Source of the DNA: Amphiscolops sp. MND2022
Taxonomy: Eukaryota
Assembly (NCBI GenBank): GCA_964187785.1
Contig: OZ076420.1
Location: forward strand, 38,502,001-38,566,000
Direction of reading: 5' to 3'
DNA: 64,000 nucleotides
Shown here piece after piece: positions 53,201 through 64,000 of the stretch. The notes below the pieces were generated by a model, which was given only the letters and a program-made list of their open reading frames with translations, was not told the origin of the DNA and made no database searches. The position numbers and the translations under genes were made by a program. Every line of letters starts with the position of its first letter. The first letter of the stretch is position 1.

Positions 53201-56200
53201 ATTGAAATATTATGATTTACTGGTGATCAGTGTTTAATCGATTAAGGTTAAGCGATTAGTGTTTAACCCTAAATGGACGAGGAAATTTCCGGATCCACCC
53301 AAAATTCTGGTACTAAAACTTTAGACCGCAATATCTCCAAAACTATTCAAGTCCGACAAACAAATTTTAGCGCGTTCGAAAGAAGACAATCAATCAGGGC
53401 TTTCATTTTGATTTTTAAACTGCTTCCCCGCACTAGCTCTTGACTTTGCGCAAAAACTTTGAACGCCTCGTTTCTCACACTGCATTTCAGCATGTTTAAA
53501 AACATGCTAGGGCCAATTTGACCCAATCTTGATACCAGTGGAATTAAGTGACCACAAACAAAATCTGGAAAAACGGAAAATCTGCGCTCAATTTTCAAAA
53601 ATAATTTTGTCCCGTTTTCTTGATTTCGGAGACATCAAATCAATATTCCGTGGAAACGTGTGCAATGCTATGTTATATCGTCTGAAGATGACATTCAAGA
53701 GTTTAAATCACCATGTGCAGCTGGTACGAATTCGACCCTATCGTCCATTCAGGGTTAATCGATTACTCAGGTTTAAGATACATGAACTTACTAATTGTCA
53801 CAGTTGTTTCCATAAGAGGGCAATTTTGATGTAGCAAATTATTACAGTAACTTTTGTGCTTCTGATCTCAGTCAACGCTGGTAACTTCTTAGTGAGCATG
53901 GTCAAGAATGGTTCAAGAAAAGTTAGAAAAACTGAAGTTACACGCAAAATTCACATTTCGGTAAGAATTCATGTTCAAAGTTCATTCTTTTTGAAGTAGT
54001 CACGTAGAACACCCTTCAATTGGGCCAATATTAAGCTAAATCAATCACTGGAGTGGTTTAAAGACAACAATTACAACTTGGACCAAATTTTCTTGACTCC
54101 AAATGCATAAATCAGTAAAACATTTCTTCCGGGCAATGGGCCATGATAATCGGATGATTTTTTCTAGTACTAAATTAGGTACATTATAATAAAGGGGACC
54201 GTTATTGACACTACAAGGAGGCTCTGCAGCGTTTTGACACCTGTTTTTCTTTGCTATTTCTTTCATTTACCTTTACCAGCACGCCCCCTCTGTACTATGG
54301 GCACAAACAAGCTAAAAAACTAATTTGTGGTTTCAATACGCGCGGTCCCTGTAAAGAGTGAAGAAAAAAGATGAAAGAAATAGTAAAAAAATAATAAAGG
54401 GGTGAATTAACAAACTAACTATACAATCGTCGAAATTAAATTCCATCGTGGAAAGAAATACCAGTTATAAGATAATTCATGACCAGAAACGGGTGCCGAT
54501 TCGAAAAATGCTGAACCTATGGCGAAAATATTTGAAATCAAACAATTAGTAACCAAAGTTTTTACCGGAAACATTAGCGACAAAACCAAAGTTTTGGAGA
54601 AATTCTTGAAATGATCGACAAATAGTTGGTAACCTTGGCTATTTTCATGTAAGGGGCGAGGATGACATCAATCCCTAGGATTACAAACGCCCTCTTGAGG
54701 ATGAAAATGGTGAGAGGCAATAGGAGAGCAGGCAGGATCCACAGGTGCTTCAGGGCCTGAATGGTGACTATGGCCCAGCCCAGACTGTAGAACCCGTAAG
54801 ACACGACCAGGTCGTTGAAGTTCCTCTCCACTGAAATGATTGAATGCAATCAACCAATCAAAATGTAATTTTTAGCATAAATCAACAGGTTAACGAACCG
54901 AATTCAGTTATTTATTGCCCTGCATACTTTCAATTTGAAAGCAGAAATTCAAACTGTCATCCGTACAAAATCGACACTCACTTACTTGAAAGTAACGAAA
55001 AAATGGTTTTGGGTAAATTCGTATTAACTAAATTTTTAATGGAAACTAAAGTACGCGAGCACAAAATGACTTTGAGATAAAACGGCCTCATTCAATCGAT
55101 CAATAAAAGCCAAAGCGAAGAGCCGAAAACGAGCAAAATCCATTTTGAAAACAAGCTCCAATTCAGGACCAGATGCAAAATACTTGAACGAAACTCGAAA
55201 AAACGCTATTTTTGTTCGAGATGAAAGTTGCAACACGTTTTGCGAAGAAAAACGATTATATATCAGGCTCTATTGCTGTTCACTTCAATTCTAAAGCATT
55301 GAAACCTTTTCGGGAAGTTTTTCAGAGAGTTGCATTTGGTGCTTGATGGTAGTTTAATCCAACAAGACAGAAACGCTTCAAGTTAATGCTCTGCTCAAGG
55401 TTCAAGCAGCGCAAAGTGTTTTCAATCAGTTGAGCGACATTTTTAAAAATGAATCAAATAAAGTTCATAACATAAAGCCGAAGATATCCAAAGTGGTACC
55501 CTTAATTTAAACGTTTTCTCTATCGAAAACACCAAAAACAAAAAGGGAGTCTCTTTCGGTGAAGTGAAAGAAAATTAAAAGTCTGAAAATGCAGACTAAA
55601 ATCAAGAATGTGAACTTACCCTTCTGACCAACACTGGTTTTAGCAGCGGGCGAGCGCTGATCTCTCCTGGTGCTGCTCTTTCTCTTGGCATTGTCCGCAT
55701 CGAAAATCTGCTGACCGCAACTCTTCAGGAAGGAGGCAATCTGAGCAATCTGGCCTCCACTCGAGGACCACTGACTGTTTGCCTCACAAGTTTCTTCCTC
55801 CGTGGCTTCTTCTGAGTTGACAGTCGGCACACTCGAGGGTTCATTTATTGTTTCCTCTAATTTTTGGTGCTCCAACGCCGGTTCTGACGAAGGACGGTTC
55901 AACGATGAGCTTAAGGGCACCTGTTGGCATTCAACGGAAGCTTTCTAAACATGAAAAGCTACCTCAAGCTGATAATGCACACATATCTCAAGTTGTTCAC
56001 AACTGAATGAAAACGAATACTCATAAAAACCAGGCTTAAAAATTAACAACTCGGCAGATGCAGAATTTTTAGCTTTTGGCGTTCGTATAAAAGTCCCATT
56101 GCTTTTGCCCAAAGCCCAGACGATAGACAGAACTATGTTAATTACGTTTTCGGACCATCGGATTAGTAAAAGCAGCTGAAAAGGTTGACTATATCATGTT

Positions 56201-59200
56201 TTGTTACGGCTCAATTGGCAAACTCGGTGTTTACTTATTTCGACGATACTCTCGATCACTTTTAGTATAAGTCAGTGAATGACGTCACCGATGAAAATGT
56301 TCGAATCTCTCCACTCAGAATCAATCTCGTGGAGCAAATTTTACTAAGTCCCACTATTGGTCGGAATCTTTCTAAAATACCACACTGAAAATCGTCACAT
56401 TGCAAACGAAGAAAATTCTCCCCCAACAGTTTTTCTCAAAGACTGTTAAATGTAGCGACCTGCAAATTTGCACACGTATACTTGAGCTTTTATGCTACGC
56501 GCCTATAAAAACGGAACCCCCCAGCCCCGGGCTATTAGCACCAGAAGTGACCTAGGTCGACCCCCTATGAACTCGTCGGCCAATCACGGACTAAGTCAGA
56601 TAATGTATAGAATTGATAGTCCCTAGGATATTAAGCCATTTGCGCATATTTTCGGAACCCTATCACGCGTGTAGGAGGAGCCTGGACGCTATGTAAATAA
56701 AGCCCGAATGTTATGTAAATCGTCACCAGTTGACCCGAGGATCATGAAACTTACCTAAGATGTTCATCTACCAACCCTAAATAATATACATGAAAGATAC
56801 ATGAAAGAAACGATGAGTATTGTTTGTAGATGAAGATTATTTTTCCTTGGCGGAGAACAAATTTGCATTCGCCCATTTCAGGTTCTTCATTAAACAGCAC
56901 ATTCAAGATTAGAAAACAATTACCTGTTTCTGCTTGATTTTGCTCATGATTTTCAGGAAGTAGCCAGTCAACATAACAAGAGACACTACTGTCATAACCA
57001 GCACAACTAAACTAGATGATGTAAGAAATAAGTTATAACTCATCAAAATCCAGGCAGCCAAAGAACTTTTCTTGAACTTTGAGTAATTCTCCTTCCTCGC
57101 ATACAGCAACACGATGATGCAATAGGCAATAAACAAAGTCCAGAAATAAGGCGCAACCACCTTCAGCCACAGCCTTATGCGAACGATAGGAGTCCAATTG
57201 ATCGATCACGTTTCGAGATATGAAGTTTTTATATAAAGAAGCTTTACCAACTTTTGGCATAAATTTTCAGTAAAGAAAAGGCCAGAAAATTGCGCTGGCG
57301 TGTCATGATGCTCGAAGCTTTAAGTTCAACAGCTAATGAAAACCGAAAATATCGGTTTTTCACGCTTTTCTGTTTGAAAACAAACAAGGAAACCTTTTCA
57401 TAAGCAATTTCGACAACTAATTTTGTGAATAAATTAGTTCGAAAATCTCCCATATAGGAACCTGAACGTGGCAGATGCGGGGCCAAAAAAATTGGAAAAT
57501 ATTGGCTTTGACATTAAAGATGATTGAATGCCACATTTTTCGTTCGACCAAAAAGCCTCGACAGGGCTTCGCAACAGCTACAAGAATCTTCGCGAAAGAG
57601 CACCCAAGGTAGGCTAGAAAAGACGAATATGCATAGAGGAAAACATTACGGCGATACATAGTCAAAAGTATGCGTGGAACCGTTCCTGTCGTATCACATC
57701 TCAATTGATAGATGAATATTTTCAATGATAATGGAAGAGAATCACTAGACTTTTCTGACACGTCTGAAAATCAACAGTCCAAAATGAAATTCAATTTTCA
57801 AAAATAAGTATCGCAAAGCAGCGTCAACAAAAAAGACCGAAATACGACATTAAAGCGTTATCTCAGTGAAAACCGCAGTCGAAAATTTTCCCCAGTTCGA
57901 AATATATTCCAACTAAAAGCCGCGGCTTATGTATTAGAAGCAGTTTAACAGCATCTACGGCTATTTCGATGGAATACATTGCCAGCTACTGCTCCAGCTA
58001 GAAACAACGCCGTAATAGCGAAACCGAGAATAAGTTTCTAAGTTTTGCGAGGGAAAAAATGGCCCAACTTATAACTTTTGCAAGTGTAATAATTAGCAAA
58101 AATCCTAAATGTTACAAGACTTTGAACAAATCGATCAACTGGAACGAATGCACAACCTGACAAAATAGCCATGAAGGGTGAAAATTAAATTAACAATAGA
58201 GCAAATAGCATAAAATAGAAATTTTATTGGAGTGTAGGTAAAAATGATGTATAACAAAGGGTAAGCGAAGATAATTGCAATGAAGAGATAAAACTTTTTT
58301 GACACGAAATGCCCAATTCTGTCGGCGAGGTAGTTCACGGTATTGAATGGAAGGAGTAATAATCCTGTTCCAATTAAAACAGCCTTCAATCAATTCATCA
58401 AAAGACTTTAACGATTCCGGTTTGCAACGGTGCTTGCCCGATTGTTGAGATTAACCTAAACAGGGCAAAAAAAAATCAAATATGATGGACTGCTCTTTTT
58501 GATGGAACTTTCAACTCTCATCCTAAATAGTACCAGTTTTATTTTGAAATTTGTCTTGGGACCGAAGAACGATAACAAGCAAGACACGGGAACGTCTAAG
58601 TCGGCGCTATATCTAAGGCTCAAAAAGCGCAGATGAGATATGCGTAGGACGTTTTCATGAAAAACTCCTGTTTTCGGACCTCCGCCTCCTCCTTACAAAA
58701 ACGCAATATAGTTCAAATATAACGTCAAAAGTTTGGATATAGCGCTTAACTCCGGATATTACGAGGGGGGACTACAATAAAATCGAATGGGGACCCTTTG
58801 AAGACAAGAAAAATTCGAAAGTCTCACAGCGCCCAAAAAATTGAAAGGGGGGCTCTTTAGTCTCATCCGGTTTTGTATGTTACGTTTAAAAAGCAAAAAC
58901 TGTAAGGGGGCCCTTTGCGATAACTTGAATGCGTTTCCCATGTATTCCTTTAGTTGAACAAACTAAAAAACTTCGTCGCTTCGAGTCTGTCTTAAAGAAA
59001 AAAAACGATTGACTGTAATAGTCGGGCTCTTTTATTAATATAAGTGCCGACTAAAAATGAGTGTCTTACTTTGGATCCAAACGTTTCTTCTGGAATAATA
59101 CAAAAATTATAGGAGGAGCAAAACTCCGATTTATAAAGGAATTGATGAACATGTAACGAGGTCTATGAGTTACTTTCTGACTAAATGCGATTATTTTTTC

Positions 59201-59763
59201 CATGACCGAACAGAGAAAAACGGGTCTGATTGATAAAGTACGAAGATTCGAAAGCATTGCCGAAGTTGTAACACTTCGAAAACTCAAACTAGCGGCCTAC
59301 CGACAAGTTTCCAGTCCATTTCCAAAAACCAAAAAATTGTAACTAATTCGAAATAAGCCGAGTTCTACTTTGTTGAAGACTGCTCTGCTTTACCAATAAA
59401 TAGAGGTGTTCCGGAATCGGACAAACAGTCCAACCAGTTCTGTACACTCCCAGTGGCCGCCTTTTTGAAAGGGTACAAAAACGACCCAGTTAAAGTCGCC
59501 CAAAGCAGCGGTCTTAGAAACAACTCTAGAACATAGAACACTGCGATTGATGCCAAAACTGCTAATAGAACAAAAATATTGGCGGCTGCGTTGAAAAAGG
59601 CTTGCTTCAGGAGTTTTTCGTTTCCGGCCAACATCTCCGATGCGACGCGGTAATCGTTGATGAACGACAAAGATCCGAATCGTGCCAAAGTGGTTCTTCG
59701 GCGTTGTCGGGAAATGGACGTCGGTACCCCATTTTCAATGACGTCAGAGGCTTCATTGTCCAT
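41226..59763 (-). CDS. TMEM245: Transmembrane protein 245, ~935 aa
   Basis: Inferred exons 59394-59763, ~58157-58364, 56924-~57173, 55620-55944, 54634-54830, 52204-52305, 51406-51575, 49326-49551, 48477-48600, 47397-47610, 46554-46632, 42604-42916 and 41226-41455 (sum 2808 nt, GT-AG, phases consistent; the exon 2/3 junction is ambiguous). Recognised motifs: KQAFFN...FLRPLLWA..GSFLYPFK, FLTALFYLLS, GVFGASLKLSSFYGL, GHPYLTGLAVVGG..GLEGAILGPLLLC. Confidence 0.9.
43536..44555 (-). pseudogene. Coding-like 340-codon frame of unknown family, interrupted only by TGA
   Basis: ORFs 43890-44231 and 43689-43886 are in one frame. Manual extension found only TGA stops (44537, 44462, 44348, 43892, 43691, 43595) between TAA codons at 44558 and 43538. 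Confidence 0.4.
45713..46003 (-). mobile_element. HINE family C with tRNA-like cassette
   Basis: 12-bp subTIRs CACATGACGAAG (45738-45749) / CTTCGTCATGTG (45987-45998) and terminal hairpin GCGAAGC-GGT-GCTTCGC (45719-45735). Boundaries are supported by the uninterrupted homolog at ~14005. Confidence 0.8.
45831..45900 (+). pseudogene. tRNA-like Pol III cassette (A-box TGGCACAGTGG, B-box GGTTCGAATC) inside HINE-C
   Basis: Correct A/B-box spacing, but the stems pair poorly, so it is not called a functional tRNA. Confidence 0.55.
47781..48140 (-). mobile_element. HINE family A degenerate copy
   Basis: AACAAGCTGAGAACGGCCCAAGTCGGCGCC at the left; degenerate GTTGACTAAAAAA at the right. Confidence 0.65.
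49631..50824 (-). mobile_element. hAT DNA transposon, internal-deletion derivative (1194 bp), in a TMEM245 intron
   Basis: TIR CAGGGATGG/CCATCCCTG, perfect 8-bp TSD CTAATTAC (49623-49630, 50825-50832), and GATAT-rich subterminal repeats. Confidence 0.93.
49775..50698 (-). pseudogene. hAT transposase remnant (BED finger + C-terminal dimerisation domain)
   Basis: VWEKF...CKTC...KHIDAC BED finger; frameshifted linker containing TMSLDGWS (first catalytic Asp motif); then a jump to LDPKY...STAPLERLFSTYGWIHDEHRNRM. Most of the catalytic core is missing. Confidence 0.88.
51173..51392 (-). mobile_element. HINE family B, truncated copy
   Basis: Matches 25770-25987: GCATAAGTAGTCGGGATTTTTTCCCGACTCCTAA end plus one diverged repeat unit. 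Confidence 0.75.
58574..59057 (-). mobile_element. HINE family A copy
   Basis: GGGAACGTCTAAGTCGGCGCTATATCTAAGGCTCAAAAA at the left (nearly identical to the 38496 copy); GTGCCGACTAAAAA at the right. Confidence 0.78.
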
Positions 59764-60046
59764 TTTGATTGGTTCCGCCGATGACGTAACAATGAGTAAT
59801 ACGGAACTGATGTGATCAGCAACTCATCGCTTTGATAGACCAAAAAACTTCACCATTCAATTTTACCTGAAACACGTTGCGCTCTTCATGATATTTTTGA
59901 TATCACTTTAGTGAAGTCGGAAGACAATTACAATTTATTTTAGTCATTTATTGATGATGAAAATGGAAAAAAAATATAGGAATTATGATTAAAAGAAAAA
60001 TTGTAATTGAGACTTTGGCCCCGAAATGATGCAATTGTTTTTGATA

Positions 60047-61621
60047 TTATGACAAATTCAATTCCTCCACGTTCTGTTCCAGGCTCTGCTGTATACTGCG
60101 GTGCCCATATGGCTCGGCCTTCTGGTTCCCCAAAGTGGAAGCATCAGAAGAAACGTCACCTTTCAAACACGGCAAATTTTTTGTCAGAATTCTATCGAAA
60201 CGCTTAATGAACAACTCAATGTCTTCGAGTTCGATTCCAATTGCGGCTGCGACTGTTAGATAATCACAAGAGTAGAAATCCACGTGTGACCCATAACCTT
60301 GAAATTTGACCCCATTGATGACTTTTTGATTCCCAATGGGTACGACTCTAGCACCAGATACGAACCGTGTGAATAACATACTGCCAAATTTGGTCACACT
60401 GAAATCAGGTTCCTGTTGTCTGAGTTCGACACCCGTCACCTTGTCTAGTGTTTCTGAAACTCTACTGAACCCAATACCCATCGATATGTCATTATGCGGG
60501 GTATGTAATAGCCTCAGATCATTGTGTTTGTTGGACAGCTTTGCGACCTCGTTTTTCAATTCCGCGAATCTGAGTTTTCGGTCAGAAAGTAACTTTTTGT
60601 AGCCCTCAACGCCAAGAGAAAGAAAAGTTATGAACAGATCAATAACAGGAGCAGCGGAAGCTCTGCCTGGGTAGACTGCCCCGATTTTAGCTGTGAGTCC
60701 ACTGCCAAACCCAGCCACAATACTTCCACCAACAGGGACTCCAAAGTTCTTATCCATGCTCTGCACAAAGCCGTCGATTCTGAAGCCCAAATGGTGAGTC
60801 TCGGAAATCAGGTGAGAGCATTTTGTAGACTGTAGGCCATACGCGTTATTTACGATGTGAGGAATATCATGTTGCTTACAAATCTTCCCGACTTCGGGAA
60901 GGTTATCAGATACCCTTGGTGCGAAACAGCTAGTGGTCGATAAAACGCACAATATTGATTCATGTCCATGGTTTTTAATTTCATATTCTATCTGTTCCAA
61001 ATTAGTCTGAATTTCATCCCCATTTTGTATTCCATTGACAACTATGGGGATATATCCAGCCGTAAAAATAGCTTTGAAACACGCTTTCTGGTCAATTCTG
61101 AGAAAAATCACGAACTTGGCTTTAGGTCTTGACTCGCGGAGAGCTGTGAAGCAAAAACATATGGCCATGCCAGTAGCTAAAGGCAATAATATGCTTTCTT
61201 TAACTGTCTTGATTCCAGCTACCTTTATGGCATCTTGAGCCAGTTGGTTCGTCAGTTTCAAAACCAAGCTGGACCCCGCAGCTTTGGGCTGTACCTCAGA
61301 AATATCTCCTGATCTTCCAATTCCATGGCACAGGTTGTAATTGCGACGGGCTACGAGAGCTGAGAAACATCGACCTTCTCTCTCACCGACCCCAGAATTG
61401 CCACTAAAGTTATTACTGTCCATCATCGAGATCTGGTGCAGGAATAGCTCTATTTGTTGGTCAGTCCAACCTTTCTGAGGCAGTTTTCTCTTGCTGATCA
61501 GTTCTGCGACGTTACCGTTCAGAGCAGCTAGATTCTGAAGTCCTTGGTTTATATATGCTTGTCCAACTAAATGGCCCATCGCTTCCTGGGGAAGACCACT
61601 AGTATTTGGGCTATCAGACAT
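60047..61621 (-). CDS. SEPSECS: O-phosphoseryl-tRNA(Sec) selenium transferase (SepSecS), 524 aa, intronless
   Basis: MDSNNF..GVGEREGR, HGIGRSGDISEVQPKAAGSS, LPLATGM, RIDQKACFKA, TTSCFAPR, HIVNNAYG, PLP-lysine motif QSMDKNF..PVGG, YPGRASA, YLTVAAAIG. Confidence 0.97.
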   Translation of the reverse strand: MSDSPNTSGLPQEAMGHLVGQAYINQGLQNLAALNGNVAELISKRKLPQKGWTDQQIELFLHQISMMDSNNFSGNSGVGEREGRCFSALVARRNYNLCHGIGRSGDISEVQPKAAGSSLVLKLTNQLAQDAIKVAGIKTVKESILLPLATGMAICFCFTALRESRPKAKFVIFLRIDQKACFKAIFTAGYIPIVVNGIQNGDEIQTNLEQIEYEIKNHGHESILCVLSTTSCFAPRVSDNLPEVGKICKQHDIPHIVNNAYGLQSTKCSHLISETHHLGFRIDGFVQSMDKNFGVPVGGSIVAGFGSGLTAKIGAVYPGRASAAPVIDLFITFLSLGVEGYKKLLSDRKLRFAELKNEVAKLSNKHNDLRLLHTPHNDISMGIGFSRVSETLDKVTGVELRQQEPDFSVTKFGSMLFTRFVSGARVVPIGNQKVINGVKFQGYGSHVDFYSCDYLTVAAAIGIELEDIELFIKRFDRILTKNLPCLKGDVSSDASTLGNQKAEPYGHRSIQQSLEQNVEELNLS

Positions 61622-62492
61622 CCTTCAGATCTTGGGGAAACATTGATTTTATGAACCAAAAATTTCGGAGCAAAAGAGCTTCAAAATTTAAATTATAAAA
61701 AATTTGGTTAAAGGGTCCCAATCACTTCATACACTTCAATCACATCTATTGGAGGCTACAGAACACGTACGATCGTTCGGAAATAATTCTCTCATTAAAC
61801 AAAAAATGTTTTCATTATTTCGACAAGATTGTTTCCTTATTCAAACTGAAAGGTAGGTTTTTTAAATAAAATTTGTTTTTTCAACTTCAATCAATTCACT
61901 GCCTTATAGATCTCTTCCTGTCAACACTTCTGTCGGGTTTACAGTTGAACAAAATTGATGTCGATTCAAAATTCAGTCAAACCTCGATCAGTATCGCCCG
62001 CCACGACTGCTTTGAGTGAACTTCATTCCTCAAAATATAACTTTTGCTTTGAATACACCGAAAAAAGTAATTGGGTCAAAAAATACACATCTTGTGTGAC
62101 AAGCATCAAAAATCGATTGTTTGAAATTGCCATGAGGAGTTTGCTTGTATCAATGAGCCGGAAACAGCCCAAGTCGGAGCCCCTTAAGACACAAAAATCT
62201 CGGTCTTTTTCAATATGGTAAAGGATGGTTTTCAGAAATATGACACAACCAAAACAAACCAAAAACGGGGGTTTCGGGCTCAAAAAACTCTTTGCTAACT
62301 AAAGGCATCAAAAAATCAAAAAGGAACTCTTTGACAGACGCTCCCGGCTTTTTAAAAGGGCAAAAAAAAACGTTTCTGGCTTCATTGATTCATGGTAAAT
62401 CTGATAAAAAGAGAATGGGAAATGGGAAAAAGAGGAAAAAACAGAAAAAATACAATAATAGAAAAAAGAAACTCTTTGCTTCAATTCAAAAT

Positions 62493-62590
62493 TTTCGAAA
62501 AAAAGTGCCGGTGCCAAAAACTCCAAAGGGGACCCTTTGGTTTCATGGTTGAAATAATTAGAATTGGGAACCCTTTGGATGCTCGTCTCA
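62493..62590 (+). repeat. ~97-bp direct repeat, second copy 63904-64000 (runs off the window)
   Basis: TTTCGAAAAAAGTGCCGGTGCCAAAAACTCC...GATGCTCGTCTCA is identical by eye, offset 1410 bp. Confidence 0.85.
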
Positions 62591-63276
62591 TGTTATATCA
62601 ATGAACCGTACAGCAGACTCCTGCTCCTCAAAACCAGTTGTAGTCTAATCCAACAAATCGTAATCCTAAAACCTCAAATTGCTACACAGAGGCGAAGCCG
62701 TGCTTTGCAAACACTTGCGAAGTTGTGAATTGTGAACTTTTCAAAAGAAAACCAAATAAGCAGTATCATAAACGTTTCGTTTCTTGTAAAAATTGAGGGG
62801 GGATTCGATGAAAACGAATTAATTTTAAAAAAAGTCGCATAGAAAAAAAACACCGGTCTTTAAAAAAAAAACGAAACACGGATATAGCGTGCTGGGCCTG
62901 AGAAAACATAATTTTAAGACAAAAATTATTCCTTTTGAAAAATCTCAATGTCGAAAACTGTAAAGCGGGGCCCTTTGAGATTTTTCATCCATTCTGTTGC
63001 AAAATTTCAAAAAACTGAAGTTGCAAATTCGAAAAAAACACAAAAAATGAGTAATTTAACAGTCTCATACTGCCGAAAAATCTGAAAAAGGGACCCTTTG
63101 GGATTTTCGAACATTCGTTCTGTTGCAAAATATCAAACAAATTCAAGGGAGGACACTTTGGGGACATAAAAAATTTTCGAAAAAAGTCTCACAAAGCCGA
63201 AGAAAGGGGGGGGTCTCATAGTGCCGAAAAAAGTGAGGACCTTTTGCTTCGGAATACTTGTAAAAAAAATAGCGCA

Positions 63277-63346
63277 TACGCATCGGTTCGAACACGAAAC
63301 CTCTGGGTTGAAAAGCAAACATTATACCACTAGACCACGAACGCGT
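63277..63346 (-). pseudogene. tRNA-like sequence
   Basis: A-box TGGTCTAGTGG, B-box GTTCGAACC and a pairable acceptor stem (ACGCGTT/GATGCGT), but the anticodon and T stems mispair. Confidence 0.5.
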
Positions 63347-63820
63347 GAACTGTGCGACTTGCCGCGTGAAACGAGTTGTCGCCCGGAGAAAAAGCGCCCG
63401 CATTTCCCATAACACTTGCTTATCGCACGTGTAATAACCGCAGTGCATTAATTACAAAGTACCATACTTCATCGAATACAGGCCGCGGCTTGTAAGTTTT
63501 TAACGTAGTGATTTCGCTGCCTATATTCAAAGAAATAAGGTAAACTATGGCTTTTATGCGGCCTATGAAATTTTTAGGCCTAATGCGGCTTCTAATCGAG
63601 GGTGACTTCTTTTCGAAGAAATACGGTATTTACATCAGGAAATGTTGTGTCGAGTTCAATTCGAGAATATTAAATTGGCGTTAATCAGATTCAAATTCTG
63701 ACAAAAAAGCAGGACCAGAAAAAAACACTGTATCCGAAATACGTACGTTATATCAAAATGATTACGTTACATCAAAGCGCAAACATAGCATAGTTCAATT
63801 TGAAAACATACAAAATGTTT

Positions 63821-63897
63821 GTCTGAGCGGGATTCGAATCCACATCCTTCTGCCTGAGAAGCACGCTCACTTAAATTATTCAATAGGCCAAGTGGAC
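63821..63897 (-). pseudogene. tRNA(Leu)-like cassette related to HINE-A
   Basis: TGGCCTATTG A-box-like, GCAGAAGGATGTGGATTCGAATCCC T-arm-like; resembles the HINE-A cassette at 4955-4990. Confidence 0.45.
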
Positions 63898-64000
63898 CAG
63901 GAATTTCGAAAAAAGTGCCGGTGCCAAAAACTCCAAAGGGGACCCTTTGGTTTCATGGTTGAAATAATTAGAATTGGGAACCCTTTGGATGCTCGTCTCA

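Noticed and set aside
53347-53850. Possible decayed ORF in a TMEM245 intron
   Set aside because: Several mixed stops and no motif I can recognise, so no call can be supported.
60336-61238. Plus-strand ORFs over SEPSECS
   Set aside because: Antisense shadows with no recognisable motifs.
45831-63897. tRNA-like sequences as functional tRNA genes
   Set aside because: A/B boxes are present, but the anticodon and T stems do not pair and the sequences sit inside dispersed repeats.

Overview
AT-rich animal (probably invertebrate; species not determinable from sequence) nuclear DNA with one 200-N assembly gap (15709-15908). Four protein-coding genes, all on the minus strand: SEPSECS (intronless, 60047-61621), TMEM245 (13 inferred exons, 41226-59763), a long coilin (34919-38422) and propionyl-CoA carboxylase alpha (PCCA, 20224-30181). 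A young Ty1/copia retrotransposon (22996-29167; 230-bp LTRs, non-TG..CA termini) sits antisense in a PCCA intron. Its gag-pol ORF is split by an 816-bp Helentron-like non-autonomous element. Introns and intergenic DNA contain at least three families of Helentron/DINE-like (HINE) elements, two of them carrying tRNA-like cassettes. There is also an internally deleted hAT transposon with perfect TIRs/TSD, an EnSpm-like MITE, a ~1-kb palindrome running into the gap, and a 340-codon intronic frame interrupted only by TGA codons. All gene models and alignments were made by eye; no database searches were run.
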